Below are positions 110,468-121,026 of a stretch of DNA of 248,000 nt, piece by piece. The position numbers were made by a program, and so were the translations under genes. The notes under the pieces are model-generated. The model worked only from the letters and a program-made list of their open reading frames with translations, was not told the DNA's origin and made no database searches. Within the stretch, counting starts at the first letter, position 1, and each line of letters starts with the position of its first letter. Origin of the DNA: Hyalangium minutum (lineage in GTDB: Bacteria > Myxococcota > Myxococcia > Myxococcales > Myxococcaceae); contig NZ_JMCB01000006.1 in NCBI RefSeq assembly GCF_000737315.1, forward strand, positions 20,001 through 268,000, read 5' to 3'.

Positions 110468-111496
110468 CTAAGAAAACGGAGCGAGGATGCGCTCGACGTA
110501 GCGCTCCACGGAGAAGTCCCGCTCGGCCTTCTCGCGGGCGCGGCGGCCCATGGCCTCGGCCTCCTGGGGATGATCCAGCAGCCACTGCAGGCGCTCACGC
110601 AGTGCTACAGGATTGCCCGGCTCCACGTGGAAGCCCGTGACGCCGTCCTCGATGAAGCCCTCGACGTACGGGTTGCGCGTGAGGATGACGGGCTTGCCCA
110701 TGGCCATGCCCTCCAGGGCCACGGTGATGCCGCTGATGATGGGGCGGGCCAGGGGCACCACCACCACGCGGGACTCGGCGTAGAGCTGGCGCAGGTTCGC
110801 GTAGCTGCCCCACGAGCGCATCTCCACGTTCGGCGGCAGCATGGCGCTCTGGGTCTCGCCCTTGTTGGCCACCGAGTAGCGCCAGATGGTGTCCGCGGCG
110901 ATCTTCACGTCCGCGTCCAGCCCCGTGGCCGCCTCAATCAGCGTGCCGTAGTCGCGGTTCACCGCGCCCGCCGCGCATACCTGGCGCTTGAGCGGCGTCT
111001 CCGGCTGGGGCTGGAAGTAGGCCGTGTCCACGCGCGAGTAGATGACGCTCACCTTCTCGCGCGGAATGCCGTAGTGCTCCACCAGCACCTTCTGGCTGTG
111101 CGGGGACAGGCACAGCACGTGGTCCACGCGCCGCTGGAGGCCCAGCTTGGAGAGCGCCAGCCAGCGCTTCTTGCTGGACACGTTGTGCACCAGCAGCACG
111201 ATGCGGCGCTTGCGGCGGCTCATCACCGCGTCGCACGCGAGGAACTGGAGCGCGGGGAACTCCTCGGCGAGAAAGAGGTTCTGGCGCTCGCGCGTCTCCT
111301 TCCACGCGGCCAGGGCGAAGCGGGCGCAGTCCACGTTGGACGCGGGGTTCATCCCCCGCTGCGCCATGGAGACCACCTGGGTGAAGGCCCCCTGGCTCAT
111401 GGCCGCGAACTCCAGCATGGGGCCCTTCTTCTCCAGCGCATCGGTGACGCGGCTGACGGGCTCACCCACGCCGATGTATGCGGAGTCTTGGGGCAT
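110468..111496 (-). CDS. GT4 glycosyltransferase
   Basis: RDYGTL, LEGMAMGKPVI. Confidence 0.8.
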   Translation of the reverse strand: MPQDSAYIGVGEPVSRVTDALEKKGPMLEFAAMSQGAFTQVVSMAQRGMNPASNVDCARFALAAWKETRERQNLFLAEEFPALQFLACDAVMSRRKRRIVLLVHNVSSKKRWLALSKLGLQRRVDHVLCLSPHSQKVLVEHYGIPREKVSVIYSRVDTAYFQPQPETPLKRQVCAAGAVNRDYGTLIEAATGLDADVKIAADTIWRYSVANKGETQSAMLPPNVEMRSWGSYANLRQLYAESRVVVVPLARPIISGITVALEGMAMGKPVILTRNPYVEGFIEDGVTGFHVEPGNPVALRERLQWLLDHPQEAEAMGRRAREKAERDFSVERYVERILAPFS

Positions 111497-111508
111497 GCCC
111501 CTCCTCTA

Positions 111509-113137
111509 TCACGAGCCCTCGGTGGGGCGCGCTGGCAGAGAGACCGTGAAGACGGTGCCCACCCCCTGCTCGCTCTGCACCTCGATGTCTCCCCCGAGCC
111601 GCCGGACGATGTCCCGGCTGATGGAGAGCCCCAGCCCCGTGCCCGTCGTCATCCCCTTCGTGGTGAAGAAGGGCTGGAAGACGCGCGACAGGTGCTCCGG
111701 GGCAATGCCCGGCCCCGTGTCCGCCACCTCGACGATGGCCCGGTCTCCCGCTCGAAGGCTGGTGACGCGGATCTCCCGCCGGGGGCCCTTCCAGTCGGAC
111801 AGGGCCTGCGCCGCGTTGATGATCAGGTTGCTGAAGACCTGGGAGACGCGCCCCGGTGTGCCCTTCACCTGGATGCCGTCGGACAGCTCCACGACGACCA
111901 TGGCGGCGGGTGTCGTCTCGGCGCGGGTGATGCGCAGCGCGGAGCGGATGGCCTCGTTCAGATCGAACCACCCCGCCGTCGCGTCATCCATCCGCGACAG
112001 TGCCCGCATGTCCCGGATGATTTCACAGATGCGACGCGTGCCCTCGTACGCCTCGCTCGCAGCCTCCTGGATGGCCTCGAACTCCTCCTGCTCGCGCGGC
112101 CCCCAGCTGAGGGGCTCCCGCGGCTCCTTCGCGTGGGGCTCGTGGTGCAGGGTGCGGCTGAGCAGGTTCAGGCCCTTCTGGATGTACAGGAGGTTGCTGA
112201 GGACAAAGGAGGCCGGGTTGTTGATCTCGTGGCTGATGCCGGCGGCCACCAGGCCCATGGAGGCCATCCGCTCGGAGGCGGAGAGCTGGCCGGCCATGCG
112301 CGCGTTCTCCAGCGCCAGCACGGCATGAGAGGCCAGCAGCGAGGCCCGGTCCAGCTCGCCCCGGTTGAGCGCGCGCATCTCGGAGCGGCGCAGGACGACG
112401 AGCACCCCCAACATCCGCTCCCGCGCGGCCAGGGGCAGCACACAGACGGAGAGCTCCCGAGGCAGCGTCTGAAAGTCCTTGAAGCGCCAGTCCCCGCCCA
112501 GCGGCCCGAGCACCGCGGGCATCTGGTCCCGCGAGAGCATGCGGACCATCCGCTCGCCCAGGGACAGGCACAGCGCGCTCTCCTCCTCGCCCAACAGCCC
112601 CTGGGCGTGCGCCACCTGCAGCTTGCCGTCCGTGTCCGGCAGCGCCAGCAGCGCCGCGTCCGCGGCCATGAACGAGCGCACGCTGTCCACGATGGCGCGC
112701 GGCAGCTGCTCGATGGCGTTCTGCTCGAAGAGGGCCTGGCTCAGCCGCACCAGGTCCGTGGAGACGTTGAAGCGGCGCTTCTCCAGCGCGCGTGACACGC
112801 AGCTGAACAGCTCCTGGAGGTTGAACGGCTTGCGCAGCAAGTCGAACGCGCCGGCGCGCATGCACTCGATGGCGGTGTCCAGCTCCGCGTAGGCGGTGGC
112901 CACCACCACCTCGGTGGAGGGAGACACCTCGCGCACCCGGCGCAGCAGCTCCATGCCGCTCAGGTTCGGCATCCGCACGTCCGTCAGCACCAGGTCGAAC
113001 GAGGCGTCGCGCAGCCGCGACAGGGCCTCCGCCCCGTTGGTGGCCTCGGCCACCTCGTGCCCCTCGAGCGTCAACATCTCGCGGAGCAGCTGACGGATGT
113101 CCCGCTCATCGTCCACGATGAGGATATGTCCCGGCAT
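111509..113137 (-). CDS. Hybrid REC-GAF-histidine kinase
   Basis: N-terminal receiver, SHEINNP, FFTTK. Confidence 0.88.
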   Translation of the reverse strand: MPGHILIVDDERDIRQLLREMLTLEGHEVAEATNGAEALSRLRDASFDLVLTDVRMPNLSGMELLRRVREVSPSTEVVVATAYAELDTAIECMRAGAFDLLRKPFNLQELFSCVSRALEKRRFNVSTDLVRLSQALFEQNAIEQLPRAIVDSVRSFMAADAALLALPDTDGKLQVAHAQGLLGEEESALCLSLGERMVRMLSRDQMPAVLGPLGGDWRFKDFQTLPRELSVCVLPLAARERMLGVLVVLRRSEMRALNRGELDRASLLASHAVLALENARMAGQLSASERMASMGLVAAGISHEINNPASFVLSNLLYIQKGLNLLSRTLHHEPHAKEPREPLSWGPREQEEFEAIQEAASEAYEGTRRICEIIRDMRALSRMDDATAGWFDLNEAIRSALRITRAETTPAAMVVVELSDGIQVKGTPGRVSQVFSNLIINAAQALSDWKGPRREIRVTSLRAGDRAIVEVADTGPGIAPEHLSRVFQPFFTTKGMTTGTGLGLSISRDIVRRLGGDIEVQSEQGVGTVFTVSLPARPTEGS

Positions 113138-113155
113138 GATGTCGCGGCCTCTCCC

Positions 113156-114991
113156 CTACCTCGCCGCCGGAAGCACCAGCCGGAAGACACTGCCTCCCGA
113201 GGGCCTCGGTGAGGCGGTGAGGTCCGCGCCCATGCGGCGCAGCAGCCGCCACGCCAGCGCGAGCCCGAAGTTCAGGCGCAAGGTGTCCCCGCTCTGTGAA
113301 TCGGCCTGGATGCGCGGGTCGAAGATCTCCGCGTGCCGCGCCTCACTCAGCGTGAGCAGGGAGTCCTCCAGTTGGATGAAGGCACGCCCATCCGCGTACC
113401 CAGCGAGGACCTTCAGCGGCACGGGCGGCTGGCCCTGGGGCAACGGGCTGGCCTCGCACAGGAAGGAGAGGATGCGCTTGAGGCTGGAGGTGAAGTCCTG
113501 CAGCCCCACCCACGCGAACACGGGCCCCGAAGTCTCTACCTGGAATGGCCGGCACAAGGTGGTATCGCGCACCTGGCGCTCCAGCAGCTCCGTGATGTCC
113601 ACCCGCGCGGCGGGCGACACCGGGCTCCCTCCCGACACGGCACGCAGCTCCTCGAGCAGGCGCTCCACGCGGCGGATGCCGTCCATGGCATCCACGGCCG
113701 ACTCCTCCACGTCCTGGATGGAGGTCTCCGTCTCGTGGCCCGCCGCGGTGAGCAGCTTGTGCGCCAGTTCCTTGCAGCGAGGGTCGTCCTTCTGGGAGAG
113801 CTCCTGCGCCGCGTCGCGGGCCGTGCGCCACAGGGACTTCACATCCTTCGAGTAAGAGGACAGCGCCTGCAAGCCGGCCTTGGTGAAGGCCAGGGGGTTG
113901 CTCAGCTCGTGCGTCACCCCGGCGGCCAGCTTGCCCACCGTGGCCAGCTTCTCGGCCTTCACCAGCTCCTCGCGCGTGGCCTCCAGGTCCTTCACGCGGG
114001 CCTCGAGCTCGCCGTTGAGGCGCGCCGTCTCCAGCGCCAGTGCGAGCTGCGCGGCGAACAGGCTGCCCCGCTGCAGCTCCGAGACCGAGAACCCTGGCTG
114101 GCCCACGCCGCGCAACAGGATGAGGCAGCCTGCGGGCGCATCTCCCACTTGCAGCGAGTACGCCAGCGCCGAGCCCAGCCGATCCACCGGCACGAAGGGC
114201 CAGTCGCGCGAGGTGCGCACCAGACACACGGGCTCCTGCGCCTGAATGGCCCGCCGGGACAGCTCCCGCAGCGCGAGGGGCGGCACCTCCAGCCCATCCG
114301 TGGAGGGGCAGATGCTCAGCTCGGCCTGCCCTCGCTCCGGCAGCAGCAACCGGAACGCCTGGTGCGGCACGAGGTCCAGCGTCAGCTCGCCCAGGTGCGC
114401 CAGCACCTCGGCACGGGTCCGCAGCGAGAGCAGCGCGCAGCTCACCTCGTACAGCGGCACCAGCGAGCGCAGGCGCCGCTTCTCCACCGCCCGGAGGATG
114501 AGGTGGCGCAGCTCGGCGATGTCATACGGCTTGCGGATGTAGTCGTACGCGCCCTGCTTCATGCAGGCCAGCGCCGTCTCCAGGCTCGCGTAGCCGGTGG
114601 CGACGATGATTTCCATGTCCGGGTCCAGCTCGCGCAGCGCGGACACCGTCTCCACGCCATTCATGCCCGGCATCTTCAAGTCGGTGATGGCCACGTCGAA
114701 GCGGCGGGTGCCCAGCAGCGACACCGCCGAGCGGCCCCCGTCCGCCGTCACCACCTCGAACTCGTTGGCGGGCAGCGAGAAGGCCAGCATCTCGCGCATG
114801 TCCGGCTCATCGTCGATGACGAGCACGGAGATGCCTCCTCCCGGGGTGAGCTCCTGCACGCTGCGCTTGGGGAGCGGCGAAGCGGAGGCGCCGCGGGACG
114901 CGGACGCGCCCCCGGCGAGGCTCTCGTCCCGGGTGGCAAACCGGCCCTCCCCAGGAGCCTCTGGCGACGGACCTATGAGCTTCACTTCCAT
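113156..114991 (-). CDS. Hybrid REC-GAF-histidine kinase with degenerate HATPase
   Basis: Receiver, THELSNP; divergent N and G boxes. Confidence 0.8.
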   Translation of the reverse strand: MEVKLIGPSPEAPGEGRFATRDESLAGGASASRGASASPLPKRSVQELTPGGGISVLVIDDEPDMREMLAFSLPANEFEVVTADGGRSAVSLLGTRRFDVAITDLKMPGMNGVETVSALRELDPDMEIIVATGYASLETALACMKQGAYDYIRKPYDIAELRHLILRAVEKRRLRSLVPLYEVSCALLSLRTRAEVLAHLGELTLDLVPHQAFRLLLPERGQAELSICPSTDGLEVPPLALRELSRRAIQAQEPVCLVRTSRDWPFVPVDRLGSALAYSLQVGDAPAGCLILLRGVGQPGFSVSELQRGSLFAAQLALALETARLNGELEARVKDLEATREELVKAEKLATVGKLAAGVTHELSNPLAFTKAGLQALSSYSKDVKSLWRTARDAAQELSQKDDPRCKELAHKLLTAAGHETETSIQDVEESAVDAMDGIRRVERLLEELRAVSGGSPVSPAARVDITELLERQVRDTTLCRPFQVETSGPVFAWVGLQDFTSSLKRILSFLCEASPLPQGQPPVPLKVLAGYADGRAFIQLEDSLLTLSEARHAEIFDPRIQADSQSGDTLRLNFGLALAWRLLRRMGADLTASPRPSGGSVFRLVLPAAR

Positions 114992-117159
114992 GCGGTCGCC
115001 TCCATGCGGTGCGCCTGGGGGGGCGCTCCTGCCGCCGGAAGCCACAGCCGGACCGTCGTCCCGGCTCCCGGAGATGTCTTCACGTCGAGGGCACCTCCGT
115101 GCGCCTCGACAATGTTCCTTGTAATGGACAATCCGAGCCCTGTCCCCTGTCCGACGGGCTTGGTGGTGAAGAATGGATCGAAGGCGCGCAGAAGCACCTC
115201 CTCGGACATACCGCTGCCGGTGTCCGTCACCACGAGTTCCACCCCGCCCCCTGGGGCCACCGGCTGGGCGCTCACCTGCACGGCCCCCCCGCTCGGTGTC
115301 GCGTCCAGCGCGTTGGTAATCAGGTTGAGCAAGGCAGACTCGATTTCCTGGACGCTGACTTCCAGCTCGGGCAGCTCCGGAGAGGGGGGGAGTACCTCAA
115401 AGGAGACCCCCGCCCGGTTCGCTTGACCACGCACCAGCTCCGTTACCCTCTCGAAGAGAACGGCCACCGCCACGCGCTCGCGGATGGGGACCTTCTTGCG
115501 CGAGAAGTCCAGCAGCGCCCGGACGAGCTGGGCACAGCGCTGGGCCTGCCGCTCGATGGAGGCCACCGCACCCCGGACACTGTCCTCCAGGGTATTGCGC
115601 CGCGCCAGCCCTTGGGCGTAGCCGATGATGATGCCCAGCGGGTTGTTGAGCTCGTGCGAGAGCCCCGCGACGAGCGTGCCCATGGCGGCCATCTTCTCCG
115701 ACTGGACGAGGGACTCGCGCAGCCGCTTCACCTCGCGCTGATCCCTCATGATGAAGAGATACCCCATGGGCTGGCCGGCCGCGTCCGCGATGCGTGTCAC
115801 CTGCAACTGTACCAGGACGGGCCCCGCCTCCCGGCTCGTGAGGGTGACCTCCGCCTCGGCGGGCTGGCCGGTGGCGCTGGCGCGGGTGATGAGCTCGGAG
115901 ATGGCCTCCCGGGCCCCCGCGGCCACCATCGGGGCCAGGAAGGAGCTCTCGGCAAGCTGCTCCAGGCGCCACCCGAAGAGGCCCTCCGCGGCCTGATTCC
116001 AGACGCGCGCCTTGCCCTGGAGATCCATCAGCGCGATGGCGCTCGGGGCGGCGGAGGTGATGTGGGCCAGCAGGGCGGCCTTGTCTCGCGAGCGCTCCAG
116101 CTCCGCGGTGCGCTGCTCCAGCCGCTCGAGCATCTCGTCGAAGGTGCGGGCAATGGAGCCCAGCTCGTCCCGGGACCGGAGCCGGATGCGCTGGCTCAGG
116201 TCGCCTTCGTCGACGATGCGCCGCATGGTGTCCTCGATGCGCTCCAGCGGGTGCAGCAGGCTGCGGGTCCCCCAGACGATCACCACCGCGAACAGCACGG
116301 CCAGCAGCGCTCCGGCGCCCACCATCTGCTGGCGCAGCTCCTGGAGCGGCAGGGTGAGCCTCTCGGCGGGCACGGAGAGCACCAGGGACCAGTGCAGCGC
116401 GTGCTGGAGGGGGAAGCCCTTCAGCGGCTCGACCAGGTAGATGGTGTCCTCCTGCTGGAAGGTGGTCTGCACGGGGGTGGGACCCAGGCTCCGGACCTTC
116501 TCCAGCGCCTCCGAGGGAATGAACCCGAACAGCGGCCCCTGGCCGGAGAACAGGGCTGCCTCGAGACCGCTCCTCAGGGCAACCTCCTGCAGATGGGAGA
116601 GGTCTAACTCGGACACCACCGCCCCCTCGGCGTGCTCCTGGTAGAGGACGGGAACGGCGAACAGCAGGTGCGTGTGGTCCTCTCGCTGGGTGACGGTGAG
116701 GACGCGCTTCCCGTCCTGCACCTGCGGCCACCAGGGCTCGTCGGCGAAGTGCACGGCATGCGCGGGGCTGTCCGCCGGCACCCTGTTGCGGGCGATGGTG
116801 CGCCCCGCGAAGTCCACCAGCCACACGTCCGTCTGGTCCCCGCCCAGGCCGGGCAGCTCCAGCCGCTGCATGAAGGGCACCAGGTAGTCACCGCGCCCCA
116901 TCGGGTCGATGACGCTGTTGACCATGAACGTGTTGGAGGCCAGCGACTTCATGAAGTCCCACTTGAGGGTCAGCTGGGCCTCGATGTCGTTGGAGACGGT
117001 GACAGCCGTCAGCTGGAGCTGCTGCTCGATCTTCTCCGCGAGCGCCTCCCTCGCTTTGCCCGAGACAGTGGCGACGAGCACCCCTACGGTGGCCACGTCG
117101 ATCAGGAAGAAGAACAGGAGGATCTTTCCCTGAAGGCTTCGGAAGAAGCGCACGGCCAC
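114982..117159 (-). CDS. Sensor histidine kinase, Cache-HAMP-PAS
   Basis: SHELNNP, FFTTKPVGQGTGLG. Confidence 0.88.
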   Translation of the reverse strand: MAVRFFRSLQGKILLFFFLIDVATVGVLVATVSGKAREALAEKIEQQLQLTAVTVSNDIEAQLTLKWDFMKSLASNTFMVNSVIDPMGRGDYLVPFMQRLELPGLGGDQTDVWLVDFAGRTIARNRVPADSPAHAVHFADEPWWPQVQDGKRVLTVTQREDHTHLLFAVPVLYQEHAEGAVVSELDLSHLQEVALRSGLEAALFSGQGPLFGFIPSEALEKVRSLGPTPVQTTFQQEDTIYLVEPLKGFPLQHALHWSLVLSVPAERLTLPLQELRQQMVGAGALLAVLFAVVIVWGTRSLLHPLERIEDTMRRIVDEGDLSQRIRLRSRDELGSIARTFDEMLERLEQRTAELERSRDKAALLAHITSAAPSAIALMDLQGKARVWNQAAEGLFGWRLEQLAESSFLAPMVAAGAREAISELITRASATGQPAEAEVTLTSREAGPVLVQLQVTRIADAAGQPMGYLFIMRDQREVKRLRESLVQSEKMAAMGTLVAGLSHELNNPLGIIIGYAQGLARRNTLEDSVRGAVASIERQAQRCAQLVRALLDFSRKKVPIRERVAVAVLFERVTELVRGQANRAGVSFEVLPPSPELPELEVSVQEIESALLNLITNALDATPSGGAVQVSAQPVAPGGGVELVVTDTGSGMSEEVLLRAFDPFFTTKPVGQGTGLGLSITRNIVEAHGGALDVKTSPGAGTTVRLWLPAAGAPPQAHRMEATAWK

Positions 117160-117162
117160 CTC

Positions 117163-118347
117163 CTAGGGCGCGGAGGGCACCAGGACGCCCTCGGAAGTGA
117201 AGGTGGTGAGCTGGTAGTCGGAGAGCTCCAGCGCCTCGTGGCGCGTGGGGGTGAAGGCGGGCTGATACGTGCGGATGAGTCCTTTATGAGGCCCGAGCTG
117301 TTCCAGGGCGTCGCGGACCTTCGGCCGATCCGTGGTGCCCGCCTTCTTGATGGCCAGCGCCAGCAGCCACACGGCGTCATACGCGTGCGCCGTCCCTACC
117401 GGCGCGGAGATGTCCTCGGCCCGCGTCGTCCCGAACATCTGGTGGTAGGCGGTGAGGAAGTCCTGGGTCCGCTTGTCCTTGGCGCCCACGAAGGAGAACG
117501 TCTGGAACACGGAGAGCTCGACCTCGGAGAGGGCCGGCCCCGCCATCGCCACGAAGCTCCCACCCGAGAGGCCCCAGTGCGCATAGAGGGGCACGCGCTT
117601 GTCCTGGGGCCTGCGCGCCATGCTCTTGATGGCGTTGCTGCCCTCCGGGGCGTTGGCCACCAGGAGGATGGCCTGGGCGCCCATGCGCTCGAGCGCGGCG
117701 ACCTGTGCGTCCATGTTCTCGTCGGCCCAGTTGAACCACTGCACGCCTGCGGGCGTCAGCTTGCGCCGGGCCAGCGCCTCGCTCATGGCCTTCTCATTGC
117801 TCCGGCCCCACGCGCTGCGCTCCAGCAACAGCCCGAGCTGGGTCCGCCCCGGCTTCAGCGCCTTGGAGACCAGGAACTCCCCCACGAGCGAATCCTGGGC
117901 GGAGACCCGGAAGGTGTAGCTGGGTGTCTCGCCGTGATCGATGAGCTCCTTGGTGGACGCCCACGTCCCCATGAACACGAGCTGCCGCCGGTGGATGTAC
118001 GGGAGGCTCGTGAGGAAGGCGGCGCCGTGCAGCCCCCCCAGCACGGCCACGAGGTTCGGCATGTCCGCGAGCTCGGGGAGCTGGGACTCGGCCCGAGCGG
118101 GCACGCCGTGGTGGTCTCTCACCACGAGCTCCAGCTTGCGTCCGCCCAGGAGGCCGCCCTGGCCGTTGATCTCGGAGATGGCCAGCAGCGCCCCGCGGCG
118201 GACGGCCTCTCCCGCCATGGCCGAGCCGGAGCTCATGTCCGCGTGAAGCCCCAGGACAATCGGAGGCCTGTCGAGAGGCTTGTCCTGCGCGCCCGCAACC
118301 CCCGCCACCAGCAGGGCCGCGCACAGCATCCACCCCAGTCGTTGCAT
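117163..118347 (-). CDS. Periplasmic binding protein (LivJ/branched-chain family)
   Basis: Signal peptide; PBP1 pattern; AHAYDAVWLL. Confidence 0.82.
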   Translation of the reverse strand: MQRLGWMLCAALLVAGVAGAQDKPLDRPPIVLGLHADMSSGSAMAGEAVRRGALLAISEINGQGGLLGGRKLELVVRDHHGVPARAESQLPELADMPNLVAVLGGLHGAAFLTSLPYIHRRQLVFMGTWASTKELIDHGETPSYTFRVSAQDSLVGEFLVSKALKPGRTQLGLLLERSAWGRSNEKAMSEALARRKLTPAGVQWFNWADENMDAQVAALERMGAQAILLVANAPEGSNAIKSMARRPQDKRVPLYAHWGLSGGSFVAMAGPALSEVELSVFQTFSFVGAKDKRTQDFLTAYHQMFGTTRAEDISAPVGTAHAYDAVWLLALAIKKAGTTDRPKVRDALEQLGPHKGLIRTYQPAFTPTRHEALELSDYQLTTFTSEGVLVPSAP

Positions 118348-118526
118348 GTACGCCCCCTGGGTCGCCCGTCCCAAGCCCCACCTGTCCTGAGTGCCAGCGG
118401 TGATAACGCGTCTTCTCGCGAGGTGCAGCCACCTCGCTTCCCCCGGGTCTTCTGACCGACACCCACAATGTATCAGGTCCAATCCCGAGCCCTGCAAGCC
118501 GCCGGGGTCCCCGCTATGGTGGGGAC

Positions 118527-119366
118527 GTGAGCCCGCCCCGCTTCGTCCCCGGTCATGAGCCCCCCACCCGCCGCCGCGAAGAGGCCTTCCTGTTTGCCGC
118601 CCAGGGCCTGGAGCTCCTCATCGAGGAGCGGGAGGGCGGCGTGGCCATCCCCCAGGGTGCTCGCCTGCCGGAGCTCGCCGAGGGCGCGCACTTCATCGGC
118701 ACGCTGGATGGGGTGGACTGCTACGCCGCCAGCTGGCCGAAGGGAAAGGAGCCCCCCACGGGGCTGAAGCTCATCGGCGGGCGCAACCTGTTCCGGCAGG
118801 TGGACGAGGAGCTGCTGTTCGTCGCGGGCCGCGCGCTGGCCATCGCCGAGTGGGATGTCACTCACCGCTTCTGCGGCCGCTGTGCCACGCCCACGGACCT
118901 GGTGCCCGGCGAGCGCGCGCGCCGCTGCCCCGCGTGCCACACGCCCTTCTATCCGCGCATCTCGCCTGCGGTCATCGTGCTGGTGACCCGGGGGGACAGC
119001 GTCCTGCTGGCCCGCTCCGCCAGCTTCCCGGACGCCTTCTTCAGCACGCTCGCGGGCTTCGTGGAGCCGGGCGAGTCGCTCGAGGAGACGGTGCACCGCG
119101 AGGTGAAGGAGGAGGTGGGGGTGGAGCTGAAGAACCTGCGCTACTTCGGCAGCCAGCCGTGGCCCTTCGGGCGCTCGCTCATGGTGGGCTACACCGCCGA
119201 GTACGCGGGCGGCGAGCTGCACGTGGACGACAAGGAGATTGCCGAGGCCGGCTGGTTCACCGTGGACACCCTCCCCCGCATCCCCCCGCGCCTGAGCATC
119301 GCGCGCCACCTCATCGACTCGTGGGTGGAGCGGATGAAGGGGAAGGCCGGCCCCTCGGGGAGCTAG
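118527..119366 (+). CDS. nudC: NAD(+) diphosphatase
   Basis: FCGRCA..CPAC Zn finger, AGFVEPGE, SQPWPF. Confidence 0.92.
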   Translation: MSPPRFVPGHEPPTRRREEAFLFAAQGLELLIEEREGGVAIPQGARLPELAEGAHFIGTLDGVDCYAASWPKGKEPPTGLKLIGGRNLFRQVDEELLFVAGRALAIAEWDVTHRFCGRCATPTDLVPGERARRCPACHTPFYPRISPAVIVLVTRGDSVLLARSASFPDAFFSTLAGFVEPGESLEETVHREVKEEVGVELKNLRYFGSQPWPFGRSLMVGYTAEYAGGELHVDDKEIAEAGWFTVDTLPRIPPRLSIARHLIDSWVERMKGKAGPSGS

Positions 119367-119469
119367 GGGCGGAGCGCCTGCCTGTCAGGCGCGTGGAACG
119401 TCCCGGGTCAGCCAAGCGGTTGGAATCCTCCGGGGACCGTGCTTAAAAGCGCCCCCCGCTCGCCCTCCC

Positions 119470-120162
119470 ATGCTTGCCGCGCGTCCTCATATCCAGCCCC
119501 GCCGCACACCCACCGCGGACTCCGTGATGGTGAAGGAGATCTACCTCTCCGTGCAGGGCGAGTCTTCCCACGCGGGCCTGCTGTGCTCCTTCGTGCGCCT
119601 CACCGGCTGCCACCTGCGCTGCACCTACTGCGACAGCGAGTTCGCCTTCCGGGGCGGCACCCGCATGAAGAACGCCGAGGTGGTGGAGCAGGTGAAGGCC
119701 CTGCGCGCCCCGCTGGTGGAGGTGACGGGCGGCGAGCCCCTGCTCCAGCCCGGCGTGTACCCGCTCATGGAGGCCCTGCTCGCCGAGGGCCTCACCGTGC
119801 TGCTGGAGACGAGCGGCGCCATCGACGTGCGGCTGGTGCCCCCGGCCGTGCACAAGATCGTCGACATGAAGACGCCCTCCTCGGGCGAGTGCGACCGGAA
119901 CGACTTCGGCAACTTCACCTCGATGAACGCCAACGACGAGCTGAAGTTCGTCATCGGCAGCCGGGCGGACTACGACTGGGCGCGCGCGCTCATCACCGAG
120001 CACCGCCTGCTGGACAAGCCCTTCGGGCTGCTGTTCTCCACCGTGTTCGGCAAGCTGCACCCGCGCGAGCTGTCCGAGTGGATCATCGAGGACCGGCTGC
120101 CCGTGCGCTTCCAGCTCCAGCTGCACAAGTACGTGTGGGACCCTGCTGCCCGGGGCGTGTGA
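119470..120162 (+). CDS. queE: 7-carboxy-7-deazaguanine synthase-like radical SAM protein
   Basis: EIYLSVQGES, CHLRCTYCD, TGGEP, QLQLHK. Confidence 0.85.
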   Translation: MLAARPHIQPRRTPTADSVMVKEIYLSVQGESSHAGLLCSFVRLTGCHLRCTYCDSEFAFRGGTRMKNAEVVEQVKALRAPLVEVTGGEPLLQPGVYPLMEALLAEGLTVLLETSGAIDVRLVPPAVHKIVDMKTPSSGECDRNDFGNFTSMNANDELKFVIGSRADYDWARALITEHRLLDKPFGLLFSTVFGKLHPRELSEWIIEDRLPVRFQLQLHKYVWDPAARGV

Positions 120163-120175
120163 GCGCGCTCACCGC

Positions 120176-120619
120176 TCACCACCGGCCGCGGCGGGCGATG
120201 AAGGAGACCAGCAGCCCAACCCACGCCAGCACCAGCAACCCGTTCACCACGCCCAACCCCAGCGCGAGCCAGGCCTGCCCTGCGCCGCCAACGGCTCCTT
120301 GGCTCTCGCGGATCCGGCGCCGCTCTCGCGTGCCGACCCACAGTCCAAGCACGGACATCACCAGGTTCTGCAGCGGCAGGGCCCCCAGCAGCGGGAAGGT
120401 GACGAGGACAAGGACGTTGAGCGCGAGGATGACCTTCATCCTCCGGGGCGGCACGGCGCCCTTGTGCAGCAACGCGAGGCAGCTGGCGCAGGAGGCCGCC
120501 TCTCCCAGGAGCTCGGTGCAGGCGCCGCACAGGAAGGTGCCGCAGCGCGCGCAGGAGGCCACCGCGGCGGCCTCGGGGTGATTCGCGCAGCGCGCGCCAG
120601 CCGGCTCGGGCGTGAGCAT
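120176..120619 (-). CDS. Membrane protein with N-terminal Cys/His (B-box-like) zinc finger
   Basis: CANH..C.RC...C..C followed by TMs. Confidence 0.65.
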   Translation of the reverse strand: MLTPEPAGARCANHPEAAAVASCARCGTFLCGACTELLGEAASCASCLALLHKGAVPPRRMKVILALNVLVLVTFPLLGALPLQNLVMSVLGLWVGTRERRRIRESQGAVGGAGQAWLALGLGVVNGLLVLAWVGLLVSFIARRGRW

Positions 120620-120655
120620 TCACCACCTCCAGCGCCAGGAGCCGAAGCCCAGGCC

Positions 120656-120934
120656 TCAGTAGTCCGGCGGGTACCCCACCATCACCCGCGTCACCCCATG
120701 GGCGCCCAGGCCCAGGAAGACGGCGGCCAGCACCGAGCAGCCGAAGAAGCCCGCGAGGATGAGGTTCTTGCGCGGGTGCTCGAACTGGCTGAACGCGTAG
120801 AAGAGGATGTAGCAGGGGATGAGCAGCACCATCATCCCCGTGCCCACGCTGCGACGGAACGCGTGGATGAACAGGAAGACGGCGCAGACGAGCGTCACGA
120901 GCCCAAACAGAGTGGCGAGCGGCAGGAGCGGCAC
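120656..120934 (-). CDS. Small membrane protein
   Basis: Three hydrophobic segments. Confidence 0.55.
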   Translation of the reverse strand: MPLLPLATLFGLVTLVCAVFLFIHAFRRSVGTGMMVLLIPCYILFYAFSQFEHPRKNLILAGFFGCSVLAAVFLGLGAHGVTRVMVGYPPDY

Positions 120935-121026
120935 GATAGGCCACAGATAACACGGTCCAGGCTTTGCGGCGGCCCCAAGCGCATATAAATGACGCTCACC
121001 CGCCCTCCTTCCGAGGTACCCCTGCC

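Noticed and set aside
119470-120162. QueE as part of a dpd DNA-modification island
   Set aside because: No dpdA, queC, queD or folE neighbours; looks like the housekeeping queuosine gene
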